This document shows positions 12,880 through 24,074 of a stretch of 64,000 bases of DNA, one piece after another (the stretch's first letter is position 1; each line of letters begins with the position of its first letter). The notes beneath the pieces were generated by a model. That model saw only the letters and a list, made by a program, of their open reading frames with translations. It did no database searches and had not been told where the DNA came from. The DNA comes from Scyliorhinus canicula (taxonomy: Eukaryota): contig NC_052152.1 of NCBI RefSeq assembly GCF_902713615.1, forward strand, positions 41,391,810 to 41,455,809, read 5' to 3'. Made by a program: the position numbers and the translations under genes.

Positions 12880-14200
12880 CAGTATCGCCCACTCCATATG
12901 GCAACGCACCACAAGCAAGTTGTAACGGTAAGTTTGGATTGAAATGTAACAATATTTCTGGCTTCTGCAGTGCTTGTTTAGCTGACTTATGCTTTTTTAT
13001 ATTCTGTGTCCATTGCCATGCTTGTTTTACAGGAGTTTCTAGATTTGGAATGGATTTCCTATAGTAGTTCATTAACCCTAGAAATTATCTTAACTTACAT
13101 TCGTTGGTCGTGGTGCCTCCGTTATAGTCTCCATCTTCTTAGCTGCCTTGAGTAAACTCTTGCTATTGATCACATGACCTAAATATTGGACTGATGTTTG
13201 AAAGAAATCACACTTAACTTTCCTGACAGGAAGGCCATGCATCTGAAGCAGTTTCAATGCAGCTTCTAAGTTACACTAAGTTCCCATTTGTACCAGCTAT
13301 TAGTATATCATCAAGATAACACTGTACCCCCTGTAAACCACTAAGAATCTGGCCCATGGACTGTTTAAATAAAGTAGATGCTGTTATTCCAAAAGGTAAT
13401 CTCTTATAGCGGAAAAGACCTTTCTGTGTTATAATGGTAAGCATGTGTTGAAATTCTGTTGCAATATTCATTTGCAGCTAGGCCTGCGCTAAATCGATCT
13501 TACTGTTCCTCTGTCCTGTTGCTAAGCCAGCAAATAAATCATCAATCAATGGTAGCGGGTACTGATCTACACACAGAACCAGATTGATGGTTGTTTTAAG
13601 ACTTCCGCAGACGCGAGTAGTTCCATCCTGCTTCATTACAGGAACAATAGGGGTTGCCCAGTCATTAGTAGTGGTGGGTTTTACGACTCCTGTATCCACA
13701 AGTCTCATTAGTTCAGATTCTCCCTTTGGATGTATGACGTAGGGTACTGCGCTAGCCTTGAGACTCTTAGGCTGACTGTTTTGCTCGATCTTTAAAGACA
13801 CTTCTATTCCTTTAATGAGTGTGTCCTCAAATATACTGTTGTATTTTTCTAAGATGGTCTGTAAATCCATCTTTGAATTAATTAAGCTGTTCACAGCACT
13901 CTAGTTCAATTTTATTTTTTCCAGCCGGTGCTGCCAAAGAGAACTGGAAAATGTCCTCGGACAACATGTGGTGGCAGCTCCGCAGTTTGCCCACTTAACT
14001 CTACTTTGACTATGATGCATCTTCTTAGAGGCACTATTTCCTCGATGTAGGTCCTCAGGATGACATCTGGTTGAACCAGATTCCAGAGTAAATTAAAAAT
14101 TTTGCTTCCAATAGTACTTAGGAGTGCAGGGACCATGATATCTTCTGAAATCTCATTGGCTAGCATATAATAGTGGAATCTCTCTGCTTACGATTTCCAG
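12880..14200 (-). mobile_element. Degenerate Gypsy pol (protease-RT-RNase H) fragment
   Basis: ORF fragments DWATPIVPVMKQDG, YPLPLIDDLF, RLPFGI, YLDDILI and LQLACGALPYGVG. Confidence 0.9.
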
Positions 14201-14344
14201 CTTTCTGAGTTTTCCCCAATTGAATCCACCTTGCCAAATGTTCCCGCCATTTCTCAGCCATATTGAAATGCTGTCACAACTCCCCTTATATTAATGCTGT
14301 AGTTAATGATGATGTAGAGATGCCAGCATTGGATTGGGGTGGGC

Positions 14345-14540
14345 ACAGTATGAAGTCTTACAACACCAGGTTAAAATCCAACAGGTTTGTTTCTAATCAC
14401 TAGGTTTCGAAGCACAGCTCATTCATCAGGTGAGTGAAGAGGTGGGTTCTACAAACACATATAGACAAAGTCAATGATGCAAGACAATACTGTGAGTGTG
14501 AGTATTTGTAAGTAATTAAGTCTTTACAGGTCCAGATGGA
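14345..14540 (-). mobile_element. Penelope-like terminal repeat containing a minimal hammerhead ribozyme motif (14397-14433)
   Basis: Minus strand reads TCAC-CTGATGA-atgagctgtgcttc-GAAA-CCTA-GTGA: catalytic core plus stems I and II. Confidence 0.7.
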
Positions 14541-14552
14541 GCCTCAACAATA

Positions 14553-15770
14553 TTGCAGCGTTGGGCACTGCTGTTAGTTGCTTACAACTATTATTTTCAT
14601 CACCCACCTGGAATACAAAATGCTGACACAGATGTAGTAAGTTGTCTGCCCCTACCTAAGAGCATTCTACCAGTACAAGAGGAGATTATTTCAACTCTAA
14701 GTCATTTGGAGATGGGTGGAGAAATGGCAGATAGAGTTTAATCTGGACAAATGTGAGGTAATGCATTTTGGAAGGTAGGGAATATACAGTGAATGGTATA
14801 AGCCTTAAGAGTATTGACAGTCAGAGAGATCTAGGCGTACAGGTCCACAGGTCATTGAAAGGGGCAACACAGGTAGGAAGGTAGTCAAGAAGACATACGG
14901 CATGCTTGCCTTCATTGGCCAGGGCATTGAGTATAAAAATTGGCAAGTCATGTTGCAGCTGTATAGAACCTTAGTTCGGCTACTACACTTGGAGTATAGT
15001 GTTCAATTCTGGTCGCCATACTACCAGAAAGATGTGGAGGCTTTGGAGAGGGTGCAGAAGAGATTTACCAGGATGTTGCCTGGTGTGGAGGGCATTAGCT
15101 ATGAGAAGAGGTTGGAGAAATGCGGTTTGTTCTCACTGGAACGAAGGAGGTTGAGGGGCGACCTGATAGAGGTCTACAAAATTATGAGGGGCAGAGACAG
15201 AGTGGATAGTCAGAGGCTTTTTCCCAGGGTAGACGGGTCAATTACTAGGGGGCATAGGTTTAAGGTGCGAGGGGCAAGGTTTAGAGGAGATGTATGAGGC
15301 AAGTTTTTTTTACACAGAGGGTAGTGGGTGCCTGGAACTCGCTGCCGGAGGAGGTGGTGAAGCAGGGACGATAGTGACGTTTAAGGAGCATCTTGACAAA
15401 TACATGAATAGGATGGGAATAGAGGGATACGGACCCCGGAAGTGTAGAAGATTTTAGTTTCGACGGGCAGCATGGTCAGCGCAGGCTTGGAGGGCCGAAG
15501 GGCCTGTTCCTGTGCTGTACTTTTCTTTGTTCTTTGTAAACTTCCTAGACACCCTGCCAGTGTCCCTGTGGCACCTCCGCAGCTGGACACAAAAGAGACC
15601 CTATTCTTTCAAAGATTAAACGAATGATACAGTCTGACTGGTGTACAAGAAGGCTGAGGCCCTCCTTCACTCATCAAGACGAGTTAATGGGTGAAGATGG
15701 TGTGATTCTCTGGGGATCATGGGTTGTCATCCCGCCTCAAGCTAGGAGCCTCTCCTTCAATACCTATATC
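14553..15770 (+). mobile_element. Gypsy RNase H-to-integrase linker fragment, split by a CR1 insertion
   Basis: QRWALLLVAYNY..NAD..LPLP..EEIISTL (14553-14700) resumes as a degenerate NFLDTLPV..EDGVILWGSWVVIPP (15538-15770). Confidence 0.75.
14708..15537 (+). mobile_element. CR1 LINE 3' fragment
   Basis: ORF 14902-15297 (LEYSVQFWSP..LERVQKRFTRMLP..SLERRRLRGDLIEVYKI) with (ctttgtt)n tail. Confidence 0.95.
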
Positions 15771-16384
15771 TAATATCAACATTTGACTGGAGACATGTTT
15801 CGCACAAAAGTAAATAATCAGTCCCTCCATCAAACTTTGTAAACCTCCACCAAACTTTGTAAACCTCCACATAGTAGTTACTCAATTTTATTCTATCAAT
15901 AAAATGCTGGCAGCTGTTATATACGTGTGTTGTTTGTTGTGTTTTTGCATGGCCAATTTAAGAGTTTAGTCACTTGAGACCGCTGGGTTTGTGGATTGAC
16001 AAATTAGGCCATTCAGAGGAAATGATTAACAATATAAGTCTAAAGACAGCATTATATATAATCATTTCAATGCAATTTGCTGCAAAAGAGGCTTCTCAAC
16101 TTGAAGCAGGCACTAGGATCCATAAACTGGCTGCCACCCAGAGAAAGTCTACCTAGCAATAGGCATGTCATAACTGCAAATAAACGGGTCATTCCCAGGC
16201 TGATTGCTGGGGCAAGGATAGTTAATGTAAAAATTGTTGTAAAACTGGCTACCAGACAAGAACTTGCTGGAGTCAACCAGTTTCTCCAAAGAAGAACATT
16301 CAAATAAAACACAATAGACTTGAAGGAAGAAACAAAACGAATTCAACTAAGAAAATTCACAATGTGGAAGAAACAAATAACTGA

Positions 16385-17840
16385 GGCCTCATGCCAGCTT
16401 GGCATAGAGGTTGTCAATTCGGAGAATTGGATACCAATCAACCTGGGCGGCCTGGTTTTTGGTCATATTTCTCCCAAATCCTCATTGAACAATCAGGTTT
16501 ATGGACAGGGGCTATTGGCCCAGCCGACTCTGAAAAATGAACGGGCTTGATTATACCCAGCTCTTCCCATCTCTTTTAACTCTGCTTCAACCGTCTGGTG
16601 CAATGCGTATAGCACATGCTTGGTCCAAAAGAACTTGGGTGTTGAATCCAGATTGACATGTATCTTAGCTTTTACACCCTTAATTCAGCCCAATTTTTCA
16701 TGGAAGACATCTTCCGACTTCCACAAGACATCTTGGAGAATGCCGTCAGCTATTTTGAAGATTTACAGCCAGTTGAGCCTAATCTTCTGCAACCAGTCGC
16801 TTCCCTACAGGCTAGGTCTATGTCCTTGCCAAAGATAAATTGGCCCCCTGCCCTCTGTAGGTTACTGTTCTCAAGATCTTCAAAATCTGTGGTTTGGCTG
16901 CAGAACGCTTTAATCATAAAGACTGTGTTCCTGCACATAGATATTGGAAGGCCCGCTCACCCACTACAGTCACCAAAGCCCTGGTGTCGACTTCCATTTT
17001 AAAGAATCTACCATTTGCCCTGAAGACTATTTCAATTGGAGCTGCTTTACTCAATTGGGCTGCATTCAACTGATGCAACAAATTCTCTTCTCCATATCTC
17101 CTCCACTATGATCAGTGGTGCTGTGGACTGCTGCTGCTGTCTTTTTTTTCGCGTGCAATGCCTCGAGTGGCAACATGCTTGAATGTGCCCCTTTCAGTTG
17201 CAATGGAAGCACACAAACTCCGGAACGTGGCATGTCTCCTGGGGATGGTCCCTCTCCCCCTCAACGATAGCAGCCCACCTCTGATTCAGATTGCCGCCCT
17301 GATTTCTTCCTGCTCCTTGCTTTCCAGCCCTGCCCGTGGACTGTGTCTGACACTGCGCTGTGCCTGTTGATCCTGCCACAAATCTCATGGCTATACCACC
17401 CCATACTTGGTTAACACCCCCTTCAGGTGAGATTTGAATCTCAGTGGTGCTTTTTCCAGTGTACTCTGTTATCTGAGCTATCTCGATCACTTTCTCCAAC
17501 GTAATTGTGGTCTCCACCAGAGGTTTCTTCTGTAAATTGAAGTTATGGATCCCACAAGCCAGCTGGGTCACGCGTTAACCACGACTGTCAGATGCGATCG
17601 AACGCGTCGGCAATTTGGTGGCTTGAGATATATACTGGAGGCATCCAGTAATAAACAAAGGGGCTTATTGATGAAAGGCAAATGCAGTACGATAACAGAC
17701 ACAGAACACTTTGCAAGACTTTACACTTCAGCTCCCTGGCCCATACTGCTTGGGCTCCTGTTCCCCATTGGCTGGCAATTGGCCCTGAGCGGTGACATGG
17801 TCAGTGGAGCTTCCCCCCTTCAAGGGGCCATTCTACCACA
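16385..17840 (-). mobile_element. Degenerate Gypsy 5' part: LTR (17616-17840), gag with zinc knuckle, protease and start of RT
   Basis: TGTGGTAG...CCACCA LTR followed by decayed PBS aattgccgacg; MEVDT protease motif; DWLQKIRLNW. Confidence 0.8.
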
Positions 17841-17874
17841 AGACCTCACAAAGAACAAAATGAAAAAAGATCAA

Positions 17875-17963
17875 TCATGTGTCAATGTCATTCCACTGGG
17901 TACAATTTTCTTCATTGGCTGGTTCCTTTAGTTCCTTTGACCTCCTGATGAAATAATAATCAC
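17875..17963 (-). CDS. Candidate terminal cytoplasmic exon of the IgSF gene (frame unresolved)
   Basis: Acceptor cccttcattgagattttgtag. The phase-1 frame gives xDYYFIRRSKELKEPANEENCTQWNDIDT*; the phase-0 frame, required by direct splicing from the TM exon, gives VIIISSGGQRN*. Confidence 0.35.
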
Positions 17964-18450
17964 CTACAAAATCTCAATGAAGGGCAAACGTCAAAATTCT
18001 AAATAAAGTTATAATGAACAACATGATTCTAAGCTGACCAATTGCATTCAACATTTGGTCATCTCTTTTTATGATTACCTATTGATCCAGTTCATTGAGA
18101 ATTGAGTATGATGAATGATTGAACTAATGGGTCCATAGGGACACGTTTCATTTCTTGGGTTATTCCCTACAGGGACCATGGACCAGAGCGCACACCTCTT
18201 TCAAGTAGAGCATTAATTTATGGGATTAGGAGAATTTAATTTGGATGGAATACAATCCAAAATCTATCGAAAGAAGCAATACCACAAAAAAGATCTGGAA
18301 GAGGGATGTAATAAATGAGTTTTAAATGGTACAATTGGAAGAAGTTAACATTTTGTACAGTGGCAATGCCCACCTGGTCCCAGAAGAAAGCTGGTGACTC
18401 AGCAGACACCACACATACTTCATAAAATGGCAATAAATGAAGGTACTTAC

Positions 18451-18560
18451 ATGCAGTCTGAAATACAAAATAAATACTGCCATCACAATCAATGTTGCTG
18501 TAGCAAGGATGGTGACTCTTAGAACTATTGCCCATGTACTTCTTCTGCTATCCTTTTCAT
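18451..18560 (-). CDS. Connecting peptide/transmembrane exon with intramembrane Arg (DEKDSRRSTWAIVLRVTILATATLIVMAVFILYFRLH)
   Basis: Acceptor ctcttcacag and donor gtaagt. Only the phase-1 frame is open, and it matches the end of the C1 exon. Hydrophobic stretch of about 25 aa. It lies 21 kb from the C1 exon, and the sequence between is almost all transposons. Confidence 0.85.
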
Positions 18561-18742
18561 CTGTGAAGAGTTATTGAGAAGGCATAATATGACTTACCCA
18601 TCGATAGGCAGACATTGAAATAATACCATTTCATTATCAGCGTGTTGTCTTTAATGGAGGTTTGTTTTTAACCCTAACACATATTGGGATATAATGAATT
18701 TTTATTTTCTCCACTCAATAAATCAATGTTTAGAATTATAGT

Positions 18743-18900
18743 GAAAACAGAAAATTCTGGAAAATCCCTGCAGCTCTCACAGCGTCTGTGGAGAGAGAAA
18801 CAAAGTTGACTTTTGAAGCTTGTTTAACTCTTCTTCAAAGCTGAAGAGAGGTAAAAATATGACGGGTTTTATGCTGTTGAAAATAAGGTGGGGAGAAAAA
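18743..18900. mobile_element. Penelope-derived non-autonomous fragment
   Basis: aaaacagaaaattctggaaaatccctgcagc..gagagagaaacaaagttgac; related ends at 44518-44548 and 44815-44935. Confidence 0.5.
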
Positions 18901-18989
18901 TATGGTCTGAAGTTGGTGAACTGTCCAGAAGGCTTATCTGTTGTTTAAGTTCAGGGGGGGAGACGGGTTGGGGCAGGGTGGGGCGGGGG

Positions 18990-21900
18990 GGGGGGAGCGG
19001 GGTGGGACACCCCACAAGGGCAGGGCACCCTGGGCCTGATCCCCAGCATGGGAAAAAAATCTTGCCTGGCATCTTAGCATTGCCAACCTGACACCGCAGC
19101 CAACTGGGATGTGCCACATGGGCACCCTGGCAGTGCCAGACTGGCACCCAGATTGTACTGTCAGCATGCCAGTGTCAAGGTGCCCAGGTTGCACCAGCAG
19201 TGCCAGGATACCACCCTGTCACGAAATCAAGCACCCAGGGGCCTGCAATCGCCTGGCAGACTCTTCTAAGTGCCATCCCATTTGTGGGGACCAGTACTGA
19301 ACAGCGCTCACCTAAAGTCTCCAAAGCGAAGGGGTTAGATTCCAAAGCCTCAGGTAGATTAGGTGATATACCTTCAATTCACAGTGAGGCAGAGAGAGCG
19401 AGTGAACAGTATGCTTTATTAGTCATGAACATGCCTAGCCAGAGTCAGTAGGTGAATGCCGCCAACAAGAGGCCGGCCTATATATGGCCCCAGTGTGGAC
19501 GGAGCCAGAGGCAGAGCCATACCGGAGTTACAGTACGGTACCTGGAAGCAGTTCATATCACTACTTCCAGGTCATAGGCCACAGGTTATGGTATCATGCA
19601 TGCATTATGGTGAATACATTCATCACATTCCCTCCCTGTTAAAAAAATCAAGTCCAGTGGGGGTGACGTGCAGTCATTACATATTCAGTCTATCTGGAGG
19701 CCGGATCGTTCTCTTCGACCTCCGCAGTTCTGGCAGTGCGGCGGGCACAGTTGCCGCAGGTGTATTCCGATTGATGGAAGGGAGGGGCCCTTTGAAGTCA
19801 ATGCTTGGGCGCTCAAAGGGCCGGGAGGCCTTTACCAGGTGGGCCTTGTCTGGCTGGTAGAAGTGCTGTTTGCACTGCACGCCGACTTGGCAATCCCTGG
19901 TCATGGCCTTGACCTCCTCGGTGGAGAAGGGCAGATTGCGGGCCTTAATGAGGTGGGTAAGCCGGGTGACCCCCGGATAGCCCGAAGTCAGTCATCTTGC
20001 GCGCTGGCGCATGTGCCGCGGGACAGGGCATCTGGGGGCTCATTGAGCTTCCCAGGACGGTACTTGATATTGTAGTTGTAGGTGGAGAGTTCGATCCTCC
20101 ACCTCAAGATTTTATCATTTTTAATTTTGCCCCGTTGTGCATTGTCAAACGTGAAGGCAACCGATCGTTGGTCGGTGACGTGGGTGAACCACCTACCAGC
20201 TAAGTAGTGCCTCCAGTGCTGCCATGCTTCCACTATGGTTTGTGCTTCCTTCTCGACCGAGGGGTGTTGAATTTCGGAAGTGTGGAGGGTCCTAGAGAAG
20301 AATACTACTGGCCTGCCCGCCTGGTTGAGTGTAGCGGCCAGTGCGACGTCTGACGTGTCGCTCTCTACCTGAAAAGGGATGGACTCATCCACCGCGTGCA
20401 TTGCGGCCTTGGTGATATCGGCCTTGATGCAGCTGAAGGCCGCGTGGGCCTCATCCGTCAGGGGAAAAGTGGTTGTTTGAATAAGTGGGAGGGCTTTGTC
20501 CGCATCGTTGGGAACCCACTGGGCGTAGTAGGAGAACAATCCCAGGAATTGATTTAGGGCCTTAAGGCTGTGGGGAGGGGGGAGTTTTCTGAGGGGTCGC
20601 ATACGGACGGGGTTGGGCCATAGGACTCTGTTCTCTATGAAATAGCCGAGGATGGCTAGTCGGGTAATACGGAAGACATATTTTTCTTTGTTGTATGTGA
20701 GATTGAGGGATTGGGCGGCCTGGAGGAACCTCTGGAGGTTGGGGTCATGGTCCTGCTGGTCATGGCCACAGATGGTCACATTGTCCAAGTACAGGTATTT
20801 AGCCCACAAACCGTCCACCATTCTGTCCATCGTTCTCTGAAAGACCGAGACCCGTTCGTGACGCCGAAGGGGACTCTGAGGAAGTGGAAGAGCCGGCCGG
20901 CTACCTCGAAAGCAGTGTACTGGCGCTCTTCCGGGCGGATTGGGAGCTGGTGGTAGGCTGACTTCAGATCGACTGTGGAGAACACACGGTACTGTGCGAT
21001 CTGGTTGACCATCTCCGCTGTGCGGGGGAGAGGGTACGCATCTAGTTGCGTGAATCAGTTAATTGTCTGGCTGTAGTCCACATCCATCCGATTCTTTTCC
21101 CCGGTCCGGACGACCACCACTTGCGCTCTCCAGGGCCGGTTGCTGGCCTCGACGATCCCTTCACTCAACAGTCGCTGGACCTCCGACTTGATAAACATCA
21201 TGTCCAGCGAACTATACCCCCTGCTCCTGGTGGCGACGGGCTTACAGTCAGGGGTGAGATTCGCAAAGAGTGAAGGAGGGGAGACCTTGAGGGTTGCGAG
21301 ACTGCACACTGTGAGGGGGGGGCAAGGGTCCGCCGAACTGTAGGGTCAGGCTTCGGTGGTTACATTGAAAGTCCAATCCAAGCAGTAGGGGGGCGCAGAG
21401 GTGGGGCAGGACGTAGAGCTTAAAACGAGTGTACTCTGCGCCCTGCATCGTGAGATTGGCGATACAGTACCCCCGGATCTGAACCAAATGGGACCCGGAG
21501 GCGAGGGAGATTGTTTAGGAGGCTGGGTAGGTGTGGAGGGAGCAGCGCCTTACCGTGTAGGGGTGGACAAAGCTCTCCGTTCTCCCAGAGTCGAAAAGAC
21601 AGGGGGTCTCGTGCCCGTTTGCCCTGACGACCATCATGGAGTTCTTCAGCTGTTTTGGCTGCGACTGGTCGAGGGTGACTGCGCCCAGCTGCGGGTAGTC
21701 TGTGTGATCGGTGGAGTCACAAGATGGCAGCCCCCATGAGTCGCACGTATCAGTCGGTTGCACGTGTCAGTCGGTGCTGGGGCCGGCAACCAAGATGGTG
21801 GCCCCCACAAGTCGCACGTGCTGATGACGCATATGACGGGAGCATTCCGGGCAGAAACGCAGCCGCATTGCGGGGTCTTTGGGGCTGTGAGTCCATGGGC

Positions 21901-23181
21901 CGGGCCTGGTGCATTTTCGATTTCTGGGCCTTAGGCCGGTCCAGACAGACTCCAGCGAAGTGCCCCTTTTTCCCACAATCGCTACACGTCGCTGTGCGGG
22001 CTGGGCAGCGCTGCCGGGGGTGTTGGCCCTGGCCGCAGAAGTAGCACTGCGGTTCCCCGGGCTGGGCTGGCAGACGCGCGGCACAGGCCTGCGATGTAGT
22101 CGGGTCCGACGAGGGCTGCGATGAGGGTGTCCACGAGGGGTTCGCCAGGCCCACGGGGAACACGTTGAGGTTCTGGTAGGCCACCTCTAGCGAGGTTGCT
22201 AGTTTTACCGTTTTCTGCAGGTCGGAGGTCCAGTTTTCCAGCAGGCGCTGCCTGATGTAGTGCGAGCAGACCCCCGCCACGTAGGTGTCCCGGATCTGTG
22301 AGTTCATGTGTTCCTCCGCCGTCACATCTCGATAGCTGCAGTTCCTCGTGAGTAGGGTCAGTGTTTCGAGATACTCGTCTCACGATTCTCCGGCGCGTTG
22401 ACGGCAAGAAGTGAGGAGGTGTCTGGCGAACACCTAATTTATGGGCTTCACAAAGTGTGCCTTGAGAGTTGCGACCGCCATCTTGTACGTGGCCGCTTTC
22501 CCGATCATTACTGAGATTCGATGGCTCACCCGGGCGTGGAGGAGTCGCAGTTTGAGAGTCTCTGAGGGAGGCGTTGTGGAGGAGTCGAGGTAGGCCTCGA
22601 AGCATCAGAGCCAACGTTCGATTATTTCCTTGGCTTCGGACGTGCGGGCGTCGAGTTCGAGCCTGTCTGGCTTTAGAGCGGCTTCCATAGTGCTGTCTAT
22701 GACTAATAAATGGATATACTTCAATTCACAGTGAGGCAGAGAGAGCGAGTGAACAGTAGGCTTTATTAGTCATGAACTTGCCTAGCCAGAGTCAGTAGTA
22801 CAAATGAATGCCGCCCACAAGAGGCCGGCCTATATATGGCCCCGGTGTGGGCGGGGCCAGAGGCGGAGCCATACCAGGGTTACAGTACAGTACCTGGAAG
22901 CAGTTCATTTCACCACTTCCAGGTCATAGGTCACAGGTTATGGTATCATGCATGCATTATGGTGAATACATTCACCACATTAGATGAGCGCATATTAGAG
23001 TGAGACTCTAATATGCAGATTTGCCAAATACTGATCCAACCCACAATGGCAGAATCCAGATCGTGACGTCTTGCGAGATCCCATTAGATCTCGTGAGGCA
23101 TGACGAGCAAATGCCAGAAGAAACCTCTCCCAGCATCTACCGGCCTTGGGAATCTGGGCATGTGGCCAGTAAATCGCACCC
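18990..23181. mobile_element. Non-autonomous TIR (Harbinger/MITE-like) element interrupted by the Gypsy at 19364-22979
   Basis: GGCA/TGCC-rich interior homologous to 49113-49774; right end ccagtaaatcgcaccc followed by TAT. Confidence 0.55.
19364..22979 (-). mobile_element. Near-complete Gypsy LTR retrotransposon with internal integrase deletion
   Basis: LTRs 19364-19627 and 22711-22979; flanks TTAGG/TTAGA; PPT; gag ATG at 22688 with CSDCGKKGHFAGVC knuckle; RT YLDN; RNase H; HPGI..C zinc finger; frameshifts and stops present. Confidence 0.97.
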
Positions 23182-24074
23182 TATCACTCCCTGTTTTCTC
23201 ATTATCTCCCTTTTTAAATAGTAGGGTTGCATTAACTACCCTCCAATCAGTAGGATCTGTTCCAGAGTCTATAGAATCCTGGAAGGTGCATCCACTATTT
23301 CTTGGGCCACTTCCTTAAGTAATTTGGGATGTAGATTATCAGGCCCTGGGGATTTATCAGCCTTTAATCCCAACAGTTTCCCTTTCACCATTTCCCTACT
23401 AACGCTGATTTTTTTCAGTTCCCCTCTCACTAAACTCTGTGTTCCCCAACATTCCTGGCACATTATTTTGTGTCCTCTTTTGTGAAGACAGAACCAAAGT
23501 ATGTATTTAGTTGGTCAGCCATTGCATTGTTCCCTAATTATAAATTCCTTTGTTTCTGACTGTCAGGGAGCTATATTTGCCTTCACCAATATTTTTCTCT
23601 TCACGTACCCATACAATCTTTTACAGTCAATTTTTATGTTCCCGCAAGTTTACTCTCGTGTTGTATTTTCCCCTTCTTAATTAATCCCTTTGTCCTCCTT
23701 TAGCTGAATTCTAAATTGCCCCCAGTCCTCAGGGCTTTTTCTTCTGGCCAATTTGTATGGGTCTTCCTTGGATCTAATATTATATCTAATTTCCATAGTC
23801 TGGCCAACTTTTCTGTTTTATTTTTGCACCAGACAGGAATGAACAATTTCTGCAGGTCCCCCATGTGCTTTTGAATGTTTGCTATTGCCTATCCACTGTC
23901 ATCCCTTTAAGTAGTGTTCCCCAATCCATCATAGCCAACTCGTACCTCAGACCATCATAGTTTCCTTCATTTAGATTCGGGGCCCTCGTCTCTGAATCAA
24001 CTATGTCGCTCTCCACCTTGACAAAGTATTTTATAATATGATGGTTGCTCATCCCCAAGGGGCCCAGCACAACT

